From Bacteroidetes bacterium ADurb.Bin234 (lineage in GTDB: Bacteria > Bacteroidota > Bacteroidia > Bacteroidales > WCHB1-69), in NCBI GenBank assembly GCA_002069895.1, contig MWCE01000046.1, positions 1 through 49,671 on the forward strand: a DNA stretch of 49,671 nucleotides, written 5' to 3'. The translations under genes and the position numbers were made by a program. How positions within the stretch are numbered: the stretch's first letter is position 1; every line of letters starts with the position of its first letter. Positions 17,658 to 26,253 of the stretch are shown here, piece by piece. The notes beneath the pieces were generated by a model, which searched no databases, was not told where the DNA came from, and saw only the letters and a list, made by a program, of their open reading frames with translations.

Positions 17658-19118
17658 TTAAATTACTGATAAATATTTCTTTATTTCTTCCATATCGTCG
17701 AAGTGATGTTTTAAGCCGTTTATTTCCTGATATTTTTCATGTCCTTTACCGGCAATAAGAATGATATCGTTTTTCTTCGATAAAGAAACCGACAGCTTAA
17801 TGGCTTGCTTGCGGTCTTCGATGGTGAATATTTTGCTTTCATCTTCTTTTTCAACTCCTTTAAGCATATCTTTTAGGATATCGGAAGGTTTTTCGTTACG
17901 CGGATTATCGGAAGTAAGGATCAAGACATCGCTTAAATCATAGGCGATTTTAGCCATTTCCGGACGTTTGGTTTTGTCCCTGTTACCTCCACAACCAACA
18001 AGCGTCAGAATTCTTTGATCTGACTTTCGTATGTTTCGTATTGTTGTTAACACATTTTTCAATGCATCGGGGGTGTGTGCATAATCGACTATTGCCGTAA
18101 TGTTATTTTTTCCGTTAACGGTATCAAAACGCCCTTCGGCCGGTTTTAACTTGCTCATATGACATAAAATATCCTTATTCTCCAATCCCAATAATTGGGC
18201 TACGGCATAAACAACCAATAAATTATAGGCATTAAAACTACCTGTAAGCAGAAACCATGCTTCTTGACCGTTAATGGCTAAATGCATGCCTTGAAAATCA
18301 TATTCGTTTATTTTAGCTTTAAAATCGGCAGTTGCATTCAACAGGCTGTAAGTATATTTTTTTGCTTTGGTGTTTTGTAGCATTACTTTACCGTTAACAT
18401 CATCCAAGTTGCTTAAAGCAAAGGCATGGGCAGGTAAATTATCAAAAAATAATTTCTTTGCACGAATGTATTCTTTAAATGTTTTATGATAATCCAAATG
18501 GTCATGGGTGATATTGCTAAAAACAGCTCCTTCGAAACACAATCCGCTGATACGATCTTGCACGATGGCATGGGAACTTACTTCCATGAAACAATACTCA
18601 CATGATTGGTTTAGCATCTCGGCTAATAAACAATTGATTGCAACGGCATCGGGAGTAGTGTGAGTTGAAGGAAGAATTTCGTTATTGATTTTATTTTCAA
18701 TGGTACTTAACATGCCTGTTTTAAAACCGAAATCGGTAAATAAACGATACAGCAAAGTAACGGTAGTTGTTTTACCGTTAGTTCCTGTTATCCCGATAAG
18801 TTTTATTTTTTCGGAAGGATAATCATAAAAAGCGGCAGCTATCCATCCCAAAGCAAAGGAAGCATTGTCAACTTGGATATAAGTAACAGCATCGTTTAAT
18901 TGAGGTGGTAAATCTTCCAACACAATACAAACGGCACCTTTTTCTATTGCCGTGTCAATGAAATCATGACCGTTGAAAGAAGTTCCCTTTTGCGCAACAA
19001 ATAAAGCATGCGGTTCCACTTTCCGGGAATCAAAACAAACAGCCGATACATTAATATTAATGTTACCAATGGTTTTATTGGTTTTCAAACGATGCAATAA
19101 TTCCTTCGCTGTTTTCAT
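17658..19118 (-). CDS. murE: UDP-N-acetylmuramoyl-L-alanyl-D-glutamate--2,6-diaminopimelate ligase
   Basis: GTNGKTT P-loop and a DNPR motif near the C-terminus. Confidence 0.95.
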   Translation of the reverse strand: MKTAKELLHRLKTNKTIGNININVSAVCFDSRKVEPHALFVAQKGTSFNGHDFIDTAIEKGAVCIVLEDLPPQLNDAVTYIQVDNASFALGWIAAAFYDYPSEKIKLIGITGTNGKTTTVTLLYRLFTDFGFKTGMLSTIENKINNEILPSTHTTPDAVAINCLLAEMLNQSCEYCFMEVSSHAIVQDRISGLCFEGAVFSNITHDHLDYHKTFKEYIRAKKLFFDNLPAHAFALSNLDDVNGKVMLQNTKAKKYTYSLLNATADFKAKINEYDFQGMHLAINGQEAWFLLTGSFNAYNLLVVYAVAQLLGLENKDILCHMSKLKPAEGRFDTVNGKNNITAIVDYAHTPDALKNVLTTIRNIRKSDQRILTLVGCGGNRDKTKRPEMAKIAYDLSDVLILTSDNPRNEKPSDILKDMLKGVEKEDESKIFTIEDRKQAIKLSVSLSKKNDIILIAGKGHEKYQEINGLKHHFDDMEEIKKYLSVI

Positions 19119-19125
19119 TATGTTT

Positions 19126-21330
19126 TTAATTTTTTAATTCCACTGTTGCTGTTGATTCGTTAAAAGAAACCTTTGCCACTTTACCAATTCCATTGACTAT
19201 GACATTATATCCGTTCTTTTTCAAAATATAAACTGCATCTTTGGCATTTGCTCCATACAGTTGTCTGGCTAAATATTCTTTTTTTAAATTCCTTTTTTCG
19301 ACATTAAGTTCTTTGTTTTGGTTCACATTATTCACCATTACCCAATCGTTTCCTACTTTATAATTCATCCGGTAACCCAATTCTTTATATATTTTGTTTA
19401 AGTCGACGATATGAGCGAATTTTGTAAATGGAGTATTGGCAATAATACCTTTCCCTGTTTGACTCCATGCGATTTCTTTATCTCTATTCACAATTTTTTC
19501 AGCAATTTCTTTACAAACAGGTGCTGCCACATAACCTCCATCTAATGATGTACCGGAAATAAAAATCAAACAAGTATACTTGGGATTTTCGCTTGGAAAA
19601 TATCCTATAAAGGATGCGTTTTTCACTGTTTCGGAATATTTTCTTTCTTTATCATCGTAAATAAAAGCCGTTCCGGTTTTCCCTGCAATCAAAGGTTTCA
19701 CATCAACAGAAGTATCACGCATAAAGGCTTTATAATTCTCATCCCTTGCCCTTATACCCGTGCCATGAGTTACAACACTCTCCAAACAAGCTTTTACTTT
19801 TCTTATGGTTGATTTAGAACAAATTCTCGGATTGATTACTCCTGCATATTTATCAATAACTTTATTATGGGGATAACGAATTTTCTTTACAAGAATGGGT
19901 TGAATATATTTTCCGTCGTTGGCAATGGCATTAAAATAAGCCAACATATAAATGGGAGGCACTTTAATGCTATATCCGTGTGTGACATTTACGTAATCAA
20001 CTTCTCTTTGTGTCTTACTGGTTAAAACGGGCGTTTGAGCTTTGGCAACTTCAATACGTAAATCTTTTTGTAACGACATATTCGTAATGGCAACAAAATA
20101 GTCATATATTTGCGGATATGCCAATTTAGCGGCATTGTATAATCCATCATTATCGGATATTTCAAATGCACGCTTGAGAGAAAACACCCTATTTTCTTCA
20201 CATTTCACCATAGTTGAAGTGTCTACAAGTCCAGACTCCAAAGCAGCCATAAGCGTAATAAGTTTAAAGGTTGAACCGGGCTCATAAGATTCGGTTACGG
20301 CATGGTCGACAGTTTCTTCATACACTCCTTCGGATGTTCGTGATAAATTGGAAATAGCTTTAATTTCACCTGATTGCACTTCCATTACAATGGCACAACC
20401 CCAAACGGCATTGATGGCTTTGAGTTGATCATTTAAGGCATTTTCGGTGATACGCTGAATATCCAAGTTAATGGTTGTTATTATATCACAACCGTTTTTA
20501 GGATTAATACGCCTGTTTTCCCTTAAAGGAATTAAGACCTTGTTTGCATATAACTTCCTGAAAACAAGTTTTTCTTCTGCCAATAAACTGTCATAATATC
20601 CTTCTATGCCTTTTGCATAAACAATTGAATCGGTGTATTTGGAGCTGTGTTGAGTGTTTAGATATCCTATGGTTGCCGAAGCAGTATTATTATATACATT
20701 TTTATGTATTAAGCGTTTGTCAACTTTACATCCGCCATGATATGCTGTTTTTGAAGGAAACAACGAACGTATTTTATCCCAATGTTCTTGCGTAACCCAT
20801 TCATTCGACTTTGTAGCTTTGGATATTTTAATGCATTTATATTTGTTTTTCAATTTATTAAGTTCATTAATTCCTTCATTTTTAATTTGTTTATCTTCAC
20901 TTTTCGTCTTATTTACAGCTTTATTATATTGATTTCGATGGTCGATTAAAGTATTTTGGATGATTTTGAAATATTCTTTTTTTGAAACACGCGGATTAAT
21001 TTCATTAAATATCGAAACCAACGAATCAAGGTTATGCATAAATTTAAGTGAATCTATCACTTGCGAAGGATACCAATATAAATCATAAATATAAATTGTT
21101 GACAACATCAAATCATTTTCATCCGAATAAATATTACCTCTTATACCTGTACGATATTCGAAATTAACATTAAAAATCCTATCTTCGGTAATAACTTTTG
21201 TTGTATCGAAGTCCCCTCTATAATAATCTCCTTTTGTTGCCACCAAGCTAACAATACGTGCAGAAGCAATTATCCCGATAATAAGCATGGCCAAATAAAT
21301 CAACAAGGTATATAAAGTAATGTTTTTCAT
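19126..21330 (-). CDS. ftsI: class B penicillin-binding protein (FtsI/PBP3-like) with C-terminal PASTA-like domain
   Basis: STFK (SxxK), SDN and KTGT motifs, with an N-terminal TM anchor. The C-terminal ~60 aa (AKDAVYILKKNGYNVIVNG) look PASTA-like. Confidence 0.9.
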   Translation of the reverse strand: MKNITLYTLLIYLAMLIIGIIASARIVSLVATKGDYYRGDFDTTKVITEDRIFNVNFEYRTGIRGNIYSDENDLMLSTIYIYDLYWYPSQVIDSLKFMHNLDSLVSIFNEINPRVSKKEYFKIIQNTLIDHRNQYNKAVNKTKSEDKQIKNEGINELNKLKNKYKCIKISKATKSNEWVTQEHWDKIRSLFPSKTAYHGGCKVDKRLIHKNVYNNTASATIGYLNTQHSSKYTDSIVYAKGIEGYYDSLLAEEKLVFRKLYANKVLIPLRENRRINPKNGCDIITTINLDIQRITENALNDQLKAINAVWGCAIVMEVQSGEIKAISNLSRTSEGVYEETVDHAVTESYEPGSTFKLITLMAALESGLVDTSTMVKCEENRVFSLKRAFEISDNDGLYNAAKLAYPQIYDYFVAITNMSLQKDLRIEVAKAQTPVLTSKTQREVDYVNVTHGYSIKVPPIYMLAYFNAIANDGKYIQPILVKKIRYPHNKVIDKYAGVINPRICSKSTIRKVKACLESVVTHGTGIRARDENYKAFMRDTSVDVKPLIAGKTGTAFIYDDKERKYSETVKNASFIGYFPSENPKYTCLIFISGTSLDGGYVAAPVCKEIAEKIVNRDKEIAWSQTGKGIIANTPFTKFAHIVDLNKIYKELGYRMNYKVGNDWVMVNNVNQNKELNVEKRNLKKEYLARQLYGANAKDAVYILKKNGYNVIVNGIGKVAKVSFNESTATVELKN

Positions 21331-21782
21331 TTATTTCGTTTTTCTTTCACTTGTATTTTATACTCTAAACTTTTATTTTGAATAAATCCTTCTTCCTTAA
21401 ATTTTTCTAATAATTGTTCGCCTTGTTTTTCATCAAAATAAATGGCTTTTTGTTTGGTTTTCATGTATTCCATCGTTATTTTGATTTTTTCATCTTTCAA
21501 TTGTTCAATCTTATTTCTATTGGATTGGATTGATAAATTATTATAAATCAGAAAAATGATCATAAGTATAAGGCAAAGAATAAACAACCAATTCTTTTTG
21601 AAATTGATCATTTTTAAGAATCCGCCGCCGAAAAAACCAATAAAAAGCAAACGCAGACCCTTAGCAAAAAAACTAGGCCTACCTTGTTTTTTTCTCTTAG
21701 GTTTAGGCTGTTGCTGAACTCCCGGTTCTGGTTTCAGAGCCTGTTCATCTGTGTTTACCCTAGGATTTAGTTTATTAGCCAT
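21327..21782 (-). CDS. FtsL-like cell division protein
   Basis: 151 aa: a basic N-terminus, a single TM helix, then a coiled-coil. Sits between rsmH and ftsI. ATGA overlap with ftsI. Confidence 0.6.
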   Translation of the reverse strand: MANKLNPRVNTDEQALKPEPGVQQQPKPKRKKQGRPSFFAKGLRLLFIGFFGGGFLKMINFKKNWLFILCLILMIIFLIYNNLSIQSNRNKIEQLKDEKIKITMEYMKTKQKAIYFDEKQGEQLLEKFKEEGFIQNKSLEYKIQVKEKRNK

Positions 21783-21784
21783 AT

Positions 21785-22699
21785 TTATATTTTTTCAGCT
21801 ATTCTTAATTTAGCACTTCTGCTTCGGTTATTTGTCTCAATTTCTTCTTCGCCGGGGACAATGGCTTTTCTATTTACCAAACGAAAAGGAGTCACGTTGT
21901 TCCCGAAGAAATCTTTTTCCAATTTATCTTCAAAGTTGCCGCTACGCATAAATCTTTTCACCAAACGATCTTCCAAAGAATGATAAGCAATAAGCACTAA
22001 ACGGCCACCCGCTAACAATAAGTCGGGGGTTTGAAGCAGTAATTCTTTTAAGGTTTCCATTTCTTGGTTAACTTCAATTCTCAATGCTTGAAAAACTTGA
22101 GCTAAATACTTATTCTCCTTTTGCCTTGGTATACAAGGTTTGATAACATCAATAAAATGATTTGTTTGAGTTATGCTCTTGTTTTCTCTGTTAGCAACTA
22201 TCAACTGTGCCAAACGTTTGGCATTTGGTAGTTCACCATATTGACTAAAAATACGTATTAAATCATATGATTCATAAGTAGATAATATTTCTGCTGCCGT
22301 TAATGATTTGCGTTTATCCATACGCATATCCAACAAATTATCAAAACGAATGGAAAAACCCCTATGCTCATCATCGAATTGATGAGAGGAAACACCCAAA
22401 TCGGCAAAGATTCCATTCACTTTTTCAACTCCGTGCAACTTTAAAAACTTCTTAATATGCCGGAAATTAGCATGAATAAATGTAAATCGTTCATCCGGAA
22501 TAATATTTTGTTTTGCATCTTCATCTTGATCGAATGCATATAAACGTCCTTTTTCACTAAGTTGCGCGAGAATAGCTTTTGCATGACCACCCGCTCCGAA
22601 GGTCAGGTCGACATAGATTCCTTCGGGATGAATTTGCAATCCTTGTATACTCTCTTTCAGTAAGACAGGATTATGGTAGCTGTTTATTAAATTCTCCAT
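21785..22699 (-). CDS. rsmH: 16S rRNA (cytosine1402-N4)-methyltransferase
   Basis: YHNPVLL and DLTFGAGGH motifs. Start taken at MENLINSYH (22699). The ORF extends to 22726 and overlaps the mraZ 3' end. Confidence 0.93.
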   Translation of the reverse strand: MENLINSYHNPVLLKESIQGLQIHPEGIYVDLTFGAGGHAKAILAQLSEKGRLYAFDQDEDAKQNIIPDERFTFIHANFRHIKKFLKLHGVEKVNGIFADLGVSSHQFDDEHRGFSIRFDNLLDMRMDKRKSLTAAEILSTYESYDLIRIFSQYGELPNAKRLAQLIVANRENKSITQTNHFIDVIKPCIPRQKENKYLAQVFQALRIEVNQEMETLKELLLQTPDLLLAGGRLVLIAYHSLEDRLVKRFMRSGNFEDKLEKDFFGNNVTPFRLVNRKAIVPGEEEIETNNRSRSAKLRIAEKI

Positions 22700-23150
22700 C
22701 GCCAAAAATATGATTTGCAATTTCATTAATTACTTCCGGATTCTCTTGTGAAAATCTGTTTAATTCTTCTTCATATTGTTTCGGATCCCATATTTCAATA
22801 AAACTGGTCATTCCGACAATCAACAGTTCTTTTTCCAAAAGAGCATATTGAGACAATGGTTTAGGTATAAGCAATCTGTTTTTAGCATCGAGTTTAACTT
22901 CGGTCGCACTCCCCATAAAATAGCGAATAGCTTGACGATTACCGGGTTTAAAAGAATTCAAATGATTTAATTTGTCTTTATAAACATTCCAAACATTTAG
23001 AGGATAGAGCGTTAAACACTTTTCTGTGCTTCTATTCACAACAAAACGTCCGTCGTTCTCGGATGTAACATTACGAAGAATAGCCGTAGGAAGTTGAAAC
23101 CTTCCGTTTCGATCAAGTGTACTTAAATAGGTGCCTTCCGATGTGAACAT
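22671..23150 (-). CDS. mraZ: transcriptional regulator MraZ
   Basis: 159 aa with a duplicated SpoVT/AbrB-like module (GRFQLPTAI, NRLLIPKPL). First gene of the dcw cluster. Confidence 0.95.
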   Translation of the reverse strand: MFTSEGTYLSTLDRNGRFQLPTAILRNVTSENDGRFVVNRSTEKCLTLYPLNVWNVYKDKLNHLNSFKPGNRQAIRYFMGSATEVKLDAKNRLLIPKPLSQYALLEKELLIVGMTSFIEIWDPKQYEEELNRFSQENPEVINEIANHIFGDGEFNKQLP

Positions 23151-23182
23151 GTTCCGTTTTTAGAATTATTTTAATCATTTTT

Positions 23183-23206
23183 CCCCGTTTTTCCCACTTT
23201 TCCCCA
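23183..23206 (-). promoter_or_regulatory. putative MraZ operator: three direct (T/C/G)GGG(G/A)AAAA repeats at ~10-bp spacing
   Basis: The minus strand reads TGGGGAAAAGTGGGAAAAACGGGGAAAAA, 33-56 nt upstream of the mraZ ATG. This resembles the GTGGG x3 MraZ boxes described in E. coli. Confidence 0.6.
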
Positions 23207-23363
23207 TTATGCGTTCTAAAAAAAATTTGCTTCGCAACAAATTATATCATAATATTTTATACTAATATTTAAAACAAAAACAAATTTCCAAGAGGAAAAG
23301 GAATAAACAAAGAACGTTTTATATCAACCTTTAATTACTGCATTAACTAACTGACTAACATTC

Positions 23364-23381
23364 GGATAAAATATTTTATCC
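23364..23381. promoter_or_regulatory. perfect 18-bp palindrome GGATAAAATATTTTATCC in the mraZ / M16-peptidase divergent region
   Basis: Read directly. The reverse complement is identical. Confidence 0.5.
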
Positions 23382-23585
23382 ATTGAAATGCCTTTTTATA
23401 AATATTGTTGCAAAGATACATTTATTATAATTATTAAAAATAAAATGTTGAAAAAAAATAATTTTTTTTCACTATTGTCCGATTTTCTTTGATTCGTTCA
23501 GAATAACAGTCTTTAACTTTGAATAGATATTTTGGGTATAAGGAAATGAAGTGAAGACATAAATAACTAATTAGATAATTTTGCC

Positions 23586-23593
23586 TACATTTG
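23586..23593 (+). promoter_or_regulatory. -7 promoter box TACATTTG for the M16-like gene
   Basis: TAnnTTTG match 30 nt upstream of the ATG at 23624. The ORF-track start at 23591 is a TTG inside this box. Confidence 0.4.
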
Positions 23594-23623
23594 CAAAATT
23601 TTATCGAAAAAGCATACATCCAA

Positions 23624-24898
23624 ATGGGAAAAAATAAGGTGGCACAAGATTCAACATTACTTCTTTCAAAATTAGAAATTATTCCTTCTCGTTCTTTTAC
23701 TCTTAGTAACGGCATTCCGGTTCTTGCCTTACACAATGAGGATTATCGTTTAATTCGTTTAGACATACGATTGTTAAGTGAGCAAGGTTCACAAGCCAAA
23801 TTATTATCCAACTCGGCGACAGCAAGGACATTGTTTACGGGCAGTTTTCGACACGACCGCAAACAAATATCTGAAATTATGGACTTTCACGGGGCTTATC
23901 ATGATGTTAACATCGATAAGGATTTCACCACTTTTAGTATTTATTTCCCAAAAGAAGCCGCTAAAAAGATTTTCGCATTGCTACAAGAGGTTTTCACCAT
24001 GCCCAACTTTCCTGAACCTGAATTAAATAATATCAGAGAAAAACAAAAACGAGAATTGGCTATCAAATTGGGAAGGAATTCTTATATTGCATTTAAAGAA
24101 TTTTTACAAACATTATTCGAATCTCATCCCTACGGAAGATTCCCTGAATATGAAGATTATGATGCTATTGAACGCAAAGACCTCTGCAATTTTTATACTA
24201 CACATTATCATGCTTCCAATATGCGTTTGTATATAGCAGGAAATATAGATAAGGAAATAAAGACTTTACTTTCCAAAACCTTTGAGCTGATGCCGCAAGG
24301 CATCATTCCGGAAATAAAAAACAACACCATCCCTTTACGGTCGCCTGTAAAAAAAACAATTGAAAAGGACGGTGCATTGCAATCGAACGTTGTTATTGGC
24401 AAATCTATCTTTAACTTAGCACATGCCGATTGGAAAAAATTCAACGTGTTAAATTTAACTTTGGGAGGGTATTTCGGCTCGCGTTTGATGAGCGAAATTC
24501 GGGAGAAAAGCGGATTGGCATATAGCATTTATTCCAGTATTTCCTCTTATATCGAAAGCGGGATTTTTTATATCTCGGCCCACGTTAACAGCGACAAAAC
24601 AGCACAAGCTTTGAATGAAATTTATAAAGTAATAGAAAATTTATCGAAAACACCTATTCAGGAAAAAGAATTGAATTTGGTGAAAAACTATTATTACGGG
24701 AACTTGCTCCGCGACTTCGACGGTGTTTTTTCCGTTTTAGACAGATATATGGATGTAGATGATTACGGTTTAACTATCGATTACTGGCATGATTTTCTTG
24801 AAACAATCCGTCAAATTAATTCGGAAGATTTATTATCATTAGCTGGCACTTATCTCGACCCGGCTTCAATGGCTGAAATTGTTGTAGGAAAAAAGTAA
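23624..24898 (+). CDS. M16 (pitrilysin/insulinase) family protein, probably a non-catalytic subunit
   Basis: M16 two-domain layout (FSIYF..., GLAYSIYS...). No HxxEH zinc motif where expected (LSNSATARTLFTG). Confidence 0.75.
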   Translation: MGKNKVAQDSTLLLSKLEIIPSRSFTLSNGIPVLALHNEDYRLIRLDIRLLSEQGSQAKLLSNSATARTLFTGSFRHDRKQISEIMDFHGAYHDVNIDKDFTTFSIYFPKEAAKKIFALLQEVFTMPNFPEPELNNIREKQKRELAIKLGRNSYIAFKEFLQTLFESHPYGRFPEYEDYDAIERKDLCNFYTTHYHASNMRLYIAGNIDKEIKTLLSKTFELMPQGIIPEIKNNTIPLRSPVKKTIEKDGALQSNVVIGKSIFNLAHADWKKFNVLNLTLGGYFGSRLMSEIREKSGLAYSIYSSISSYIESGIFYISAHVNSDKTAQALNEIYKVIENLSKTPIQEKELNLVKNYYYGNLLRDFDGVFSVLDRYMDVDDYGLTIDYWHDFLETIRQINSEDLLSLAGTYLDPASMAEIVVGKK

Positions 24899-24940
24899 GT
24901 TGTTTTGCAGCATTATGATTATTGTTTTGCAAAGTTGCAG

Positions 24941-24997
24941 TTATTTTATCATGTAAATCTAAAGTTAAATTTTATTTTATCATGATAATCTAAAGTT
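24941..24997. repeat. 26-bp imperfect direct repeat TTATTTTATCATG(TA/AT)AATCTAAAGTT (24941-24966 and 24972-24997)
   Basis: Read directly; 24/26 identical. Confidence 0.7.
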
Positions 24998-25139
24998 GTG
25001 TTTTATTTTTGCAGATGGATAATCTTGAAAATAAGATTGTTTTTGAGTTGAAACCGAAAATCAGAAAAAAACACTTTATTTTAACATTTCCTGCCCATGT
25101 TTTTTTGCATGCTCTTTGGAAAGGAGAGATAATTTAACA

Positions 25140-25643
25140 TTACTGTTTCCGAATGCATCTATCGGTTTCAAAAACTTCCATTTTTTGAGGTCTATCGTTA
25201 ATCCATTCGAAGCTTAAACATGTGATATATGTATGAAATCCTTCGCATCCGGCAGCTCCTGGATTGATATAAAGTAATTGATGCGTTTTATCATAAATAA
25301 CACGCAAGATGTGCGAATGACCGCAAACAAAAATGGAAGGGCGATGCTCTTTGATTAAAGCCAAGGCCCGAGGATGGTATTTGGAAGGATAACCCCCGAT
25401 ATGTGTCATCAATATTTTTGATTTTTCTATATAAAACAATTCATCTTCACCACATTGATTCCTTACTTCCTTCCCATCAATATTACCATAAACGGCACGC
25501 AAGGGTTTGAAGGCTTGCAATTGTGTTAAAGTTTCCATATTCCCGATATCACCGCAATGCCACAACTCATCACAAGCAGCAAAGAATTCGAATATTTTTG
25601 GATGCAAGTAAGAATGCGTGTCGGATAATACGCCGATTTTCAT
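25140..25643 (-). CDS. YfcE/MJ0936-type metallophosphoesterase
   Basis: GVLSDTH, GDIG, GNIDG, HIGG and GHSH motifs in canonical order. Confidence 0.9.
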   Translation of the reverse strand: MKIGVLSDTHSYLHPKIFEFFAACDELWHCGDIGNMETLTQLQAFKPLRAVYGNIDGKEVRNQCGEDELFYIEKSKILMTHIGGYPSKYHPRALALIKEHRPSIFVCGHSHILRVIYDKTHQLLYINPGAAGCEGFHTYITCLSFEWINDRPQKMEVFETDRCIRKQ

Positions 25644-25715
25644 ATATTTAAATTTTAATATTTGTTGTTTTCAACTGTATACAATCCATGCCAAAATATC
25701 TTAAATAGCGTGTCG

Positions 25716-25760
25716 GCAAATATCCATAAAATTTTTTAATTACACACAAACGGATAAAAA
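25716..25760 (-). repeat. 45-bp copy (inverted) of the promoter-proximal block at 1344-1388
   Basis: The reverse complement of 25716-25760 matches 1344-1388 at 39/45 positions without gaps. The core TTTTTATCCGTYTGTGTGTAATTA matches at 23/24. Confidence 0.8.
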
Positions 25761-25890
25761 AAGGTTTTTCATTCTTTATCTATTAAAGGAAAACACATAA
25801 AACTATTTTACATACAATGAGAAATTAAATAATAAGGCACAAATTTTCAATGAATAAGGTTTCTCTGAAAAGGAATAAGCAGAACCTATT

Positions 25891-25976
25891 GTTATGGAGC
25901 GCTCCATAGTAAATTTTTCACGTGTGAGAATTTATTTTTCACGTGTGAAAAAAACATTAGGGAGCGCTCCATAACG
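25891..25976. repeat. 86-bp composite element: 15-bp terminal inverted repeats GTTATGGAGCGCTCC flanking two direct TTTTCACGTGTGA copies
   Basis: TATGGAGCGCTCCATA (25893-25908) is itself a perfect 16-bp palindrome. The second inner copy forms TTTTTCAC-GT-GTGAAAAA (25935-25952). Confidence 0.75.
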
Positions 25977-26253
25977 ACAAACTCACCTTAGTCGTTATAA
26001 TTCATACGTTTAAAAGCTGTTTTTTTATTCGTTAAAATCAGCACAACACCTTAGAAATCCTTAATATCCAATTAAGATGTAAATACAATGGATGTGAAGT
26101 AAATCTATTTTCTCATAGCTCTATTTATATCAAACAATAATGTTTTTATTAAAAAAATTCTGTTAATAAAAACTCCAATTTTTTAGAATTTAAGTTGATT
26201 AGGAATATAACTTTGTAAACTGAATTTCATCTCTTAATATAAAGACTGTTAAT

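Noticed and set aside
23434-23736. 100-aa minus-strand ORF in the mraZ/M16 intergenic region
   Set aside because: It overlaps the M16 gene start and its TAnnTTTG promoter box. It has low-complexity F/Y/K/C-rich sequence, no motifs, and is in very AT-rich DNA.
25015-25086. 23-codon ORF MDNLENKIVFELKPKIRKKHFIL just after a -7-like box
   Set aside because: It is too short, with no supporting conservation or motif. It is noted only as context for the repeats at 24941-24997.
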